Below are positions 9,736 through 18,328 of a DNA stretch of 64,000 nt, piece after piece (the first letter of the stretch is position 1; each line of letters starts with the position of its first letter). The position numbers were made by a program, and so were the translations under genes. This DNA is from Desulfobacterales bacterium (GTDB taxonomy: Bacteria; Desulfobacterota; Desulfobacteria; Desulfobacterales; UBA5852), in the NCBI GenBank assembly GCA_963674755.2, contig CAXXVS010000002.1:96001-160000 (forward strand). Direction: 5' to 3'. Under the pieces are notes generated by a model, which saw nothing but the letters and a program-made list of their open reading frames with translations, had not been told where the DNA came from and searched no databases.

Positions 9736-10259
9736 TTACCTGAAAATGACGAACGGCATGTAGCGTACCGGCAGGGCGAAGAGAATGGGTTTCGCCCTCC
9801 GGATCCAGGGCGCGTTACGGCCGAAGACCGATCCCAATAGGGCGGCGACGGCCAGGAATTGGGCCACGAGCTGCATCAGCATGCCGGTGGAGGCGATCAG
9901 GCTGCGTAGGTCTGGAAGCCCGGGCCGAACCGGCGGCCCAGATACTGGGCCACGGTCACGGATCCGCTCTCCCGCAGGGCCCGGGAGAAGACCAGGGCCA
10001 GGACGAGACAGGCCAGGCCGCTGCCCAGGGTGAAGTGCCAGGCGGCGAAGCTGAAAAGATAGGCCATTTGAACGGTGCCCACGGTGGATGCCCCGCCCTC
10101 CAGGGTGCCGATGATGATCCAGGCCACATCGGTGGCCGTCGCCCGCCGCCCGGAAAGCGCAAAGTCGGCGCCCCTGGCCGGCGCCCCTCCGGAGCGCAGG
10201 GTAAAGACCGGAACCGCAATGAACGCCGCAAAGAAAACGAGATAGTAGATCGTCGCCAT
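9736..10259 (-). pseudogene. sodium:solute symporter (SSF) family remnant, frameshifted and truncated
   Basis: First 120 aa resemble an SSF N-terminus (DFALSGR, GGASTVGTVQMAY, TVAQYLGRRFG). After a 1-nt shift near 9900 the reading continues SLIASTGMLMQLVAQFLAVAALLGSVFG and stops at 9736, far short of a full symporter. Confidence 0.75.
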
Positions 10260-10639
10260 GATCTCCCCACTTGTAGTTTCACCCCTGTGTTTGTGCTGTA
10301 AAAACCGGAATCCTTGACCCCCCGCGTTTTCCCCAGGTGCCTATAGACGATTCTGTTCCGGAGGCCAACATTTTCATGCACCGGGCGGCCGTCCTCCTTT
10401 GATCAGGTCCGCCGCGGGGGCGGGGCGTGCGCCACGGCGCTTGTCCACGGGGCGGGAACGTCCTCCTCAGGCGGCGGACGGGCAGCGCGGGGCAGCCGCC
10501 GGCCTACCCGGCACTGGGGGAACCTGCGACGTGGGAGGGGTTGTCAACGTTCTTGTCAGGCGAGACTACCCGATAGGCATCCATCGGAGAGGGTGGCCGT
10601 GAACGTACTGAAACGACATCAACTTTTTTTGGCGATCAA

Positions 10640-10655
10640 CGGCATGACTATTGCT
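10640..10655 (+). promoter_or_regulatory. candidate sigma-54 (-24/-12) promoter
   Basis: CGGCATGACTATTGCT has GG-N10-GC with GGCA and TTGC context, about 55 nt upstream of ATG 10711. Confidence 0.55.
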
Positions 10656-10710
10656 CTTCCGCAGGGGGATTGCATTTCCACAAGGGATACCGATAACAAA
10701 AAGGGGTGTC

Positions 10711-11217
10711 ATGCTGCAAAAGGGGGTCATCGGATTGATCTGCATCTTGGCGGGGGTGATCGGGTATCTGGTCTTCGGCGGGATCGGTTTGGCGGTGGGG
10801 CCCCTTACAGGTCTTGTTACCGTGGCCGATTGCTATCTGAGGAAACGGCAGCATTGCTCCCGGTCCGCCGGCCCGGCCTGCTTTCGCCTATGGCGCAGGG
10901 AACCGCATCGGGCGGCAAGACGGAACAGGGCCCGCCTGGAGGCCCTTCTGGCAAAGGCCCATCGGCTGGCGGACACCTTCCACGATGCGTACGGGGCCCG
11001 CAACTGCTGCCTGGACATTATCCGCCAGACCGACAAGGAAGATCCGTTGTTTATCGCAGCTTACGAGCTCTTTATGAGTACAGTCATCCGACGGGCGGAC
11101 AAACCGGCGCCATCGACCGACCAGCCCGTTTCAAACCGGCGCCGGCTAGGGCCCCAAACCAACCACCGGAACGATGCCCAAGTGATTCGATTTCCCCATC
11201 ACGTTTCCCGCCAATGA
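10711..11217 (+). CDS. hypothetical protein with N-terminal hydrophobic segment(s)
   Basis: ATG after AAGGGG; Gly-rich hydrophobic N-terminus followed by a helical soluble part; no family recognised. Confidence 0.55.
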   Translation: MLQKGVIGLICILAGVIGYLVFGGIGLAVGPLTGLVTVADCYLRKRQHCSRSAGPACFRLWRREPHRAARRNRARLEALLAKAHRLADTFHDAYGARNCCLDIIRQTDKEDPLFIAAYELFMSTVIRRADKPAPSTDQPVSNRRRLGPQTNHRNDAQVIRFPHHVSRQ

Positions 11218-11266
11218 TTCCGATGGCGGCCGCCGGGCGCTCCCCCTGTCGCGGCCCAGCCCTCTT

Positions 11267-12055
11267 CTAATCGTCCTTTTTTATAAAGCGGTAGATGGCC
11301 TCGTCCTCGTGGGAGAGAGGTGCGCCGCGATCATAGAGTTTGTCCAGGAAATAGTGATAAAAATCGTGGCGCAGGCTGTCCCGGTTGGCGATGACGAACC
11401 AGCGGTTGCGGGTCCAGATAACGGGGGAGATCGCCTCCTGACCGGTTTCAAAATTACCCACCAGCGCTTCGGCACGGTCCACGATGATATCGATGGATTC
11501 CCCGCCCAGTTTGTCCCGCAGTGAGCCTGCTTCAGGATGGGTGACCTGGATGTCGCAAATGGCCGGTATGGCGCCCATGCCAATCAGCCGGATACCCACC
11601 CCCCGTTCGATGGCGTGGCGGATTTCCTTTTCCAGCCGTTTCCAGGTTCCCGGAAAGAGGCGCAGATAGATTTCCTGCCGGGCCGCATCGATAATATCGC
11701 GTGCCTTGTGGATGGCTTCCCGTCGTCCGCGGATGGTCAGCAGATAATCATAGTCCGTATCAGGATCGAGCTGTGCCACCTGTTTTTCGAGCAGGCTCAG
11801 GTTGGCTTCGAACTGGCCCTGCAGGCGCTTTTTGAGTTCTTCGAAGGGGAGGGGTACGAAAAGCCCTTTTTCGATTTCGAAGACTACGCCTTTGCGGGTC
11901 AGACCCCGCAGGACGTCGTAGATCCGGGAGCGCGCGATCCCGGATAATTTGCTGAGTTGGGAGCCGTTGCAGGGGTGTTGGCGCAGCAGGGCGAGGTAGC
12001 AGGAGGACTCGTATTTCGAGAACGCGAAATCCTGCAGTAGGCTGGTAATGTCCAT
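11267..12055 (-). CDS. TrmB-family transcriptional regulator
   Basis: FSKYESSCYLALL..GSQLSKLSGIARSRIYDVLRGL TrmB HTH with a C-terminal effector domain. Confidence 0.9.
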   Translation of the reverse strand: MDITSLLQDFAFSKYESSCYLALLRQHPCNGSQLSKLSGIARSRIYDVLRGLTRKGVVFEIEKGLFVPLPFEELKKRLQGQFEANLSLLEKQVAQLDPDTDYDYLLTIRGRREAIHKARDIIDAARQEIYLRLFPGTWKRLEKEIRHAIERGVGIRLIGMGAIPAICDIQVTHPEAGSLRDKLGGESIDIIVDRAEALVGNFETGQEAISPVIWTRNRWFVIANRDSLRHDFYHYFLDKLYDRGAPLSHEDEAIYRFIKKDD

Positions 12056-12067
12056 GGCGGATTCCTA

Positions 12068-12211
12068 ATAAGCTATCTCAAAAAAGTCTTTTCGCTCGAT
12101 ATCTGCGTTGATGCCTCGTTTCAAGCCCTCGCCATACTTGAGTATGCCTGCGGGTTGAATCTCTGCCTCGCCTTGATCTCAAGCGAAAATCCTAATTTTG
12201 AGATGGCTTAT
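12068..12211 (+). repeat. palindromic element family 1, copy B1
   Basis: TIR ATAAGCTATCTCAAAA...TTTTGAGATGGCTTAT (1 mismatch); GCGTT, hairpin CATACTTGAGTATG, GCCTTG. Confidence 0.8.
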
Positions 12212-12216
12212 AGTAA

Positions 12217-12430
12217 GTGTCCATCTATAAACGGCATCTTTTGGCCCCGGCCGGCGTTCTCACTCTTTGGGAATCCTCGCCGTAGCCGGGCTACGCAACG
12301 CTATCGCTCATACGGCTACGCCGTCGGTTTCCACCCACAACGGGGTTGGATCGGACGGGAAGTCCAGCAGCGCTGGACAAATCGCTGCGGCCTTGGCCGG
12401 AACCGAAATCTACCATTTATGGACGGACAC
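12217..12430 (+). repeat. palindromic element family 1, copy B2 with internal insertion
   Basis: TIR GTGTCCATCTATAAACGG...CCATTTATGGACGGACAC; GGCGTT, CGTAGCCGGGCTACG, GCCTTG. Confidence 0.8.
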
Positions 12431-12436
12431 CAATAT

Positions 12437-12580
12437 GGTTGCCCATCCATAAAAGGCCAATTTGCCCGATATCGGCATTACGCGTATCGCTCGTCCCAGC
12501 GGCTTACGGTAATCAGGCGTTCTTCAGGTCCCGTTTAAGCCGTATCCCTCAGGATTCGCCAGCCTTGATCTCAAGCATTG
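12437..12580 (+). repeat. degenerate family 1 element, copy B3
   Basis: Starts GCCCATCCATAAA and contains GATATCGGCATT and GCCTTGATCTCAAGC as in B1; no clear right TIR. Confidence 0.5.
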
Positions 12581-12714
12581 TACGAATACGTCTTAAATTT
12601 GAGGTGCTACGGACCCATCAAAAAATAAAGCCAGTAACGGCTTTCTTAGAAAATGGCGGCGGAAAGGTCAATCATGATCGTGGCGGGGGAAGAAAGTCGT
12701 GTTGCCAGAGCCGA

Positions 12715-12769
12715 TTGACAACCTCCGGGAAATGGTGATATTAATGTTGCTACAAAGATAGCAACATTA
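12715..12769 (+). promoter_or_regulatory. sigma-70-type promoter with overlapping perfect inverted repeat (candidate TrmB operator)
   Basis: TTGACA at 12715, an AT-rich -10 near 12737-12744, and TAATGTTGCTA-N6-TAGCAACATTA at 12742-12769. Confidence 0.65.
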
Positions 12770-12787
12770 TTGCCCAAGGAGGCCGCC

Positions 12788-14074
12788 ATGTTGTCCACCC
12801 TGCATGCCATAAACACACCGCCGGTTTTCGGTTTTTCCAATGTGCCCGATGATGCGATCCGCCGGCTGGAGACCCAATACGGGGCGCACCATTACGAACG
12901 CCTTGATGTGGTGGTGCGGCAGGCCCGCGGGAGCTGGATCACGGACGTCAACGGCAAGCGCTACCTGGACTGCCTGGCTGCTTACTCCGCGGCCAATCCC
13001 GGTCACCATCACCCCAAGATCGTCAATGCCCTGGTAAAGGCCCTGCTGGGGGATTATGCCGCGGTCATTTCAAACGTGGTCTATACCGATCCCCTGGGGC
13101 TGTTTCTGTCCCGTATGGCGGAATTCGTGCCGCCGCTGGGGCGGCGCTTCGGGGAAGCCGGCAACAAAGTCCTGCCCAAGAACGGCGGTGTCGAATCGGT
13201 GGAAACCGCCATCAAGATGGCCCGTTTCTACGGCTGGAAGGCCAAGGGAATTCCGGACGGCAAGCAGGAGATCATCGTTTTTAACAACAACTTCCACGGC
13301 CGCATGATCACGGTGGTGTCCTTTTCCACCACCGAGAAATACCGCCGCGGGTTCGGCCCGCTGACCCCGGGGTTCGTGTCGGTGCCCTTCGGCAACCTGG
13401 ATGCCGTGGCGGCGGCCGTCAACCAAAACACCTGCGGCATCCTGGTGGAGCCCATGCAGGGTGAAGGGGGCATGCAGGTACCGCCCCCCGGTTTCCTCAA
13501 GGGGCTGCGGGAGATTGCCGACCATCACGATCTATTGCTGCTGTGCGACGAGATTCAGGTGGGATTGGGACGCACCGGCAAACGCTTCTGCTTCGAGCAC
13601 GAAAACGTGGTCCCTGACGGTCTCGTCCTGGGCAAGGCCCTCTCCGGCGGCCTGGTGCCGCTTTCCGTGTTCGTTACCAATGCCAAGCTGATGGATATGG
13701 CTTTCAACGTGGGCTCTGACGGGTCCACCTTCGGCGGCTATCCCCTGGCCTGCGTGGCCGGCCTGGCGGGCCTGGAAGTGGTGGAAGAAGAGAAACTGGC
13801 GGAAGCTTCGGCGCGCCAGGGCGCCCGGCTCAAGGCGGCCCTTCAAGCGTTGGCTGAGCGCTCGCCCCACGTGAAAGAGGTGCGCGGCCAGGGCCTGTTC
13901 ATCGGCATCGAAGTCAAAGAACGCAACGCCATGGACTTCTGCCACAAACTGGTCGAGCTGGGCCTCATCATCAACGACAGCCACGGCCACACCATCCGCG
14001 TATCCCCGCCCCTCAACATCAGCGATGAAGATGCGGATCTGCTGGTGGACCGGCTGCGGCAGGTGCTGTGCTGA
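12788..14074 (+). CDS. rocD: class III PLP aminotransferase, ornithine aminotransferase-like
   Basis: YLDCLAAYSAANPGHHHP, NFHGR, VEPMQGEGG, DEIQVGLGRTG, LGKALSGG, GSTFGG; AAGGAGG RBS before ATG 12788. Substrate not certain. Confidence 0.75.
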   Translation: MLSTLHAINTPPVFGFSNVPDDAIRRLETQYGAHHYERLDVVVRQARGSWITDVNGKRYLDCLAAYSAANPGHHHPKIVNALVKALLGDYAAVISNVVYTDPLGLFLSRMAEFVPPLGRRFGEAGNKVLPKNGGVESVETAIKMARFYGWKAKGIPDGKQEIIVFNNNFHGRMITVVSFSTTEKYRRGFGPLTPGFVSVPFGNLDAVAAAVNQNTCGILVEPMQGEGGMQVPPPGFLKGLREIADHHDLLLLCDEIQVGLGRTGKRFCFEHENVVPDGLVLGKALSGGLVPLSVFVTNAKLMDMAFNVGSDGSTFGGYPLACVAGLAGLEVVEEEKLAEASARQGARLKAALQALAERSPHVKEVRGQGLFIGIEVKERNAMDFCHKLVELGLIINDSHGHTIRVSPPLNISDEDADLLVDRLRQVLC

Positions 14075-14149
14075 TGCCGGCGCATCTTTCCCCCAACCAA
14101 TAAGGACCGAACGGTCATATTATAAATGCTCCCGCGCCATCGGGAGCAT

Positions 14150-15883
14150 TTATCTTTTGATGATCCGCGGCAGGATCATCTGGTGCTGGGGGCAGATGGA
14201 TTTCGGGTTCTGGTAAGCGGCACCGGCGAAGGCCGTCAGGTAGCGGCGCAGATCCTTGAGGGCCACGATCTCATCCACCAGGCCGGTGCGGGCGCAGAAC
14301 AGGGGCCGCGATTTGTCGTGGTAATCCCGGGCCAGGGCGTTCATCTTTTCCACCACCGGCTCCAGGGGGCGTCCGGCTTCCTTTTCCTTCACCAAGCGGC
14401 GGGCGTAGGTGGCCACGGCTGCGGTTTCCCCGTGCATGACATAGATTTCCGTGGCCACGGTTCCCAGGGTGAAGGCGTTGTGGCGATTGGCCGTGGGACC
14501 GCCCAGGACATAGTGGGCCGCGGCCGTGCCCTTGCGCAGGACCACGAGCATCATGGGGATGTCGGTCTGCTGGATGGAGTAGATCAGGGACTGGCCCAAC
14601 CCTAATAGCTCGGCTTTTTCGGCGGCATCGCCCACATCGATCCCGGTGGTGTCCTGAAACCAGACGATGGGGATACGGTCCCGGCCACAGAGGGTGACAA
14701 ATTCGTTCATCTTGATGAGGCCCTGGCGGTAGAGCTTGCCGCCGAAGCCGGGAGTGTCGGCGTATTCCGGATAGTCTTTGCCGAGATAACCCTGGCGGTT
14801 GCCGATGCAGGCCACCAGGAAGCCGTCCAGCTTGCACAGCCCGGTGTACATTTCAGGGCCGTAGTCCGGCCGGAACTCCATGTGCTCGCCCCCGTCCACC
14901 AGGCGGGCCAGGATCTGCTCGAATTCGTAGACCCGCTTGGGCTCCAGGGGGAGCAAGCTGTAGAGATCTTCCTGGGGGAAGCCGGGCTCCCGGGGCGGGG
15001 CTACCCGGAAGAATTTGGGATGATAGGAGGGAATCGCCTTCATGTAGTCCTTGAGCCCATCGAGGACGCCCTGCTCCTCCTCGAAGACATAGCGGAAGAA
15101 GCCTGTCTCGTCGTAGTGGGTGGCCACCGTGCCGGGGGGCTGGGCCTTGAAGTGCTTGGCCTTTTCGATAAGGCCTTCGGCCATCTCCAGGTCGAAATGG
15201 CCCCTGGGGGCCATGCCGCTCACGATGCCGGCTCCGCCCACGGCGATATTGCAGTCCTTGTGGGCGAAGAGAATGGTGGGGCTGATGCTCTGGTAGCCGC
15301 CCCCGGCCGGATTGGTGCCGTAGATGCCCGCCAGCACGGGAATGCCCATCTGCTCCAGTTCGGCATGACGGAAAAAGGGCGTGCCGGCGCCCCGGCGGTT
15401 GGCGTAGAATTTCTCTTGCTCGGTGAGTTTGGCGCCGCTGCAGTTGACCAGCCAGACCAGGGGGATGTTCAGTCGTTTGGCCAGATCGGTGACCCGCAGG
15501 ATGTTTTCGGACTGGCCCGGCAGCCAGGCCCCGGCCATGACCTTGTTGTCGAAGCCGATGATGACTGCCCATTTGCCGGCGATGCAGCCCAGACCGTCGA
15601 TGACGTTGGTGGTGCCTTCCGTGTTGTCCAGGGGGTTGTAGAGGATGTGCAGCGGGCACCAGGACCCCGGATCCACCAGGTAGTCCAGGCGCTGCCAGAC
15701 GGTCATCTGCCCGCGGGCATTAATTTTTTCGGTGGGGAAACCGGCCGCTTTGACCGTTTCCACCTGGGCCTGAATTTCGGCCTCGGCCGCCTCCAGCGCG
15801 GCGCGGTTTTTAGCCGTCTGCTTGAGCTGGCCCGGTTTCAGGGCCTTGCCGATTTCCGTCATCTTTTCAAAATACGGTCGCAT
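14150..15883 (-). CDS. gcdA: glutaconyl-CoA decarboxylase alpha (carboxyltransferase) subunit
   Basis: Two carboxyltransferase domains with GcdA-type motifs (GTNPAGGGY, QDTTGIDVG, RKGTAAAHYVLGGP, YQNPKSICPQHQMILPR); operon context. Confidence 0.9.
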   Translation of the reverse strand: MRPYFEKMTEIGKALKPGQLKQTAKNRAALEAAEAEIQAQVETVKAAGFPTEKINARGQMTVWQRLDYLVDPGSWCPLHILYNPLDNTEGTTNVIDGLGCIAGKWAVIIGFDNKVMAGAWLPGQSENILRVTDLAKRLNIPLVWLVNCSGAKLTEQEKFYANRRGAGTPFFRHAELEQMGIPVLAGIYGTNPAGGGYQSISPTILFAHKDCNIAVGGAGIVSGMAPRGHFDLEMAEGLIEKAKHFKAQPPGTVATHYDETGFFRYVFEEEQGVLDGLKDYMKAIPSYHPKFFRVAPPREPGFPQEDLYSLLPLEPKRVYEFEQILARLVDGGEHMEFRPDYGPEMYTGLCKLDGFLVACIGNRQGYLGKDYPEYADTPGFGGKLYRQGLIKMNEFVTLCGRDRIPIVWFQDTTGIDVGDAAEKAELLGLGQSLIYSIQQTDIPMMLVVLRKGTAAAHYVLGGPTANRHNAFTLGTVATEIYVMHGETAAVATYARRLVKEKEAGRPLEPVVEKMNALARDYHDKSRPLFCARTGLVDEIVALKDLRRYLTAFAGAAYQNPKSICPQHQMILPRIIKR

Positions 15884-15956
15884 GAACTCCCCCCCTCTTG
15901 AATCCCCTAACAGGCAATCGGATGAAATACTGCTGGCATTGACAGGTGTGCGATGA

Positions 15957-16175
15957 TCAGGTGTCGATGAGGGCCAGAACGTCGTCCTCCTCCACCTCGT
16001 CGCCCTGCTTGACCCGGACTTCCGTAATCGTCCCGCTGACGGGCGCGAATACCGGGGTTTCCATCTTCATGGCCTCGATGACCAGAACCTCTTCGTCTTC
16101 CTCTACGCTTTGGCCAGCCGCCATATTGAGCTGGATGATCTTGCCCGCCAGGGGGGCCAGGATTTCTTCTGCCAT
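15957..16175 (-). CDS. gcdC: biotin carboxyl carrier subunit of the decarboxylase (72 aa)
   Basis: EAMKMET biotinylation motif; GGAGG RBS before ATG 16175. Confidence 0.9.
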   Translation of the reverse strand: MAEEILAPLAGKIIQLNMAAGQSVEEDEEVLVIEAMKMETPVFAPVSGTITEVRVKQGDEVEEDDVLALIDT

Positions 16176-16266
16176 TGTGCTACCTCCCGAAAATTGCTTG
16201 TGCCTATTGAATGTCAGTCGTTCGGAGAACACCAACCCAATTAAGGGCGAACGGCTTTGCCATTGT

Positions 16267-17385
16267 CTATCCAAGCAGCGTCAAAAATATCCCCGCCGCG
16301 ATCACCGTGCCGATAACGCCGGCCACGTTGGGGCCCATGGCAAACATGAGCAGGTAGTTTTTCTTATCATACTGGGAGCCGACTTTGTGCACCACCCGGG
16401 CGGACATGGGCACGGCCGATACGCCGGCCGCCCCCAGCAAGGGATTGATCTTCTCCCGGCGCGCCAGGTTCATCAGTTTGGCCAGCAGGATACCCGTGGC
16501 CGTGCTGACGATGAAGGCGAACAGCCCGAAGAAGAAGATAAAGAGCGAGCGGGGCTGCAAAAAGGTTTCCGCGTTCATGGTGGCCCCCACCGGCAGCCCC
16601 AGGAAAATCGTGACGATATTGAGCAGTTCGCTCTGGGCCGCCTGGGTCAGGCGCTCCACCACCTTGGCCTCCCGGAAGAGGTTGCCCAGCATGAACATGG
16701 CGATCAAGGGCGCGGCGGCTGGAACCAGCAGGATGATGACCAGGGTGGCCACGATAGGAAAGATGATTTTCTCCAGCTGACTCACCTTGCGGCCCTTTTT
16801 CATCCGGATGGTACGCTCTTTCGAAGTGGTCAGCAACCGCATGACCGGCGGCTGGATGATGGGCACCAGGGCCATGTAGGAATAGGCCGCCACGGCACAG
16901 CTGCCCAGCATGTGGGGCGCCAGTTTGGACGCCAGGAAGATGGTGGTGGGCCCGTCGGCGCCCCCGATAATCCCCATGGTGGCGGCTTCCCTGAGGTCGA
17001 ACCCCATGGCGCTGGCCGCAAAAAAGGTCAGGTAGACTCCGGCCTGGGCCCCGGCGCCCAAAAAGATTAAGACCGGTTTGGACAGCAGGGGGCCGAAGTC
17101 GGTCAGGGCCCCGAGACCCAAAAAGATCAGGGGCGGTATGATTTCCCATTGGATGCCGTAGTGGTAGAAGCGCCACAGGAGCCCCTCGCCAGGTTCCATC
17201 AGGCCGGCCAGGGGTAGATTCGCCAGGAGAATGCCGAAACCGATGGGCAACAGCAGGAGCGGTTCATATTGTTTGGCGATGGCCAGATAGATGAGGACGC
17301 TCGCGATCAGCCACATCAAAAGCATGCCCGGTGTGAGGTGGAACAAGCCTGCCGTTTGAAAGACGGCCAGCATGTCATTTCCCAT
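16267..17385 (-). CDS. gcdB: Na+-translocating decarboxylase beta subunit
   Basis: YEPLLLLPIGFG, GIIGGADGPT, GAAGVSAVPM and AMGPNVAGVIG OadB-family motifs. Confidence 0.95.
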   Translation of the reverse strand: MGNDMLAVFQTAGLFHLTPGMLLMWLIASVLIYLAIAKQYEPLLLLPIGFGILLANLPLAGLMEPGEGLLWRFYHYGIQWEIIPPLIFLGLGALTDFGPLLSKPVLIFLGAGAQAGVYLTFFAASAMGFDLREAATMGIIGGADGPTTIFLASKLAPHMLGSCAVAAYSYMALVPIIQPPVMRLLTTSKERTIRMKKGRKVSQLEKIIFPIVATLVIILLVPAAAPLIAMFMLGNLFREAKVVERLTQAAQSELLNIVTIFLGLPVGATMNAETFLQPRSLFIFFFGLFAFIVSTATGILLAKLMNLARREKINPLLGAAGVSAVPMSARVVHKVGSQYDKKNYLLMFAMGPNVAGVIGTVIAAGIFLTLLG

Positions 17386-17509
17386 GGGATTCGCCTTTCG
17401 CGAGAGCCTCAGCCGCCAGGCGGGTCAGGCGGATGGCGACATAGAGCAGGGTCATGCCGATGAAGACCCCTCCCAAACCGGAGGCGAAGATTTGCAGCGC
17501 CGTTTTCAT
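17375..17509 (-). CDS. gcdD: OadG-family single-TM small subunit (44 aa)
   Basis: MKTALQIFASGLGGVFIGMTLLYVAIRL, a G..VF..L TM helix, overlapping the gcdB start and the upstream stop. Confidence 0.8.
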   Translation of the reverse strand: MKTALQIFASGLGGVFIGMTLLYVAIRLTRLAAEALAKGESHGK

Positions 17510-17925
17510 TTTTTCTCTCCACCCACCGCCGTCTGTGAGTCCAGCGGCCAGGCCCTCTTTTCCTCCAGTACGGCGCGCAGCACCTTCAACGCCTGGTTGG
17601 TCGCCGGAACACCGCCGTAAATCGCCGTCTGGAAGATCGTTTCGGCAATGTCCCCCACGGCGCAGCCCACATTCAAAGCGGCCTGGATGTGGAGCTTCAG
17701 TTCCTCGGATTTCCCCAGCACTGTCAGGGCCGCCACCGTTACGAGCTGGCGGGTGGGGTGGGGCAGCTTCTCCCGGGCGTACATCTTGCCCGTGATAAAC
17801 AGGGACAGGTCTTTGGCCAAACCGGGGTCGAAGGCCTTCCACAACTCGAAGGGTTTTTCGTCCTCGACGCCCTCGAAATAAAGGGCTGCCGTGCGTTTGG
17901 TCTTCTCGACAAGGTCATCGCTCAT
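17506..17925 (-). CDS. carboxymuconolactone decarboxylase (CMD) family protein
   Basis: REKLPHPTRQLVTVAAL, ELKLHIQAALNVG, QTAIYGGVPA; no CxxC. Confidence 0.85.
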   Translation of the reverse strand: MSDDLVEKTKRTAALYFEGVEDEKPFELWKAFDPGLAKDLSLFITGKMYAREKLPHPTRQLVTVAALTVLGKSEELKLHIQAALNVGCAVGDIAETIFQTAIYGGVPATNQALKVLRAVLEEKRAWPLDSQTAVGGEKK

Positions 17926-18036
17926 GAGTCGATATCCTTTGCAGTGCTGTTTCTATAAAAGGGTGTATGAACCTGATGGTATTCCCATTGAAGTAAAGTC
18001 CTTGTTAAGACTTGTCACTGATGTGCTGAATGTATC

Positions 18037-18230
18037 GTTACTTTTCTTTCGCGTGAAAGAAAAGTAACCAAAAGAAAACGCCCGTGTCCCGCTTCAACCT
18101 GCGCGTCGTCGACACGGCCGGAGCGCGCGGAAACTCGCCCGCCTTCGCCAAGGCTACGGCGGACTCAAACAGTCCGCGCGCTTTTATCCGGCCGCGTCGC
18201 CGATGCTCGGCGCGGGACAAAGGGGAATTT
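18037..18230 (+). repeat. dispersed repeat family 2, most complete copy
   Basis: Perfect 14-bp hairpin GTTACTTTTCTTTC-GCGT-GAAAGAAAAGTAAC, then CAAAAGAAAACGCCCG and a long nested stem TGTCCCGC...GCGGGACA ending AAGGGGAATTT. Confidence 0.8.
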
Positions 18231-18328
18231 CCCCACCATATGCATGAACCTCATGGACCATCAGTTTCAACAGAGGATTGCCGTATTCGTTCAAGGTCAA
18301 CGCCGAGATTGGGCGAATGCTGCAACAC

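Noticed and set aside
10260..10620. GC-rich stretch upstream of the symporter pseudogene as a riboswitch
   Set aside because: No conserved aptamer motif found on either strand.
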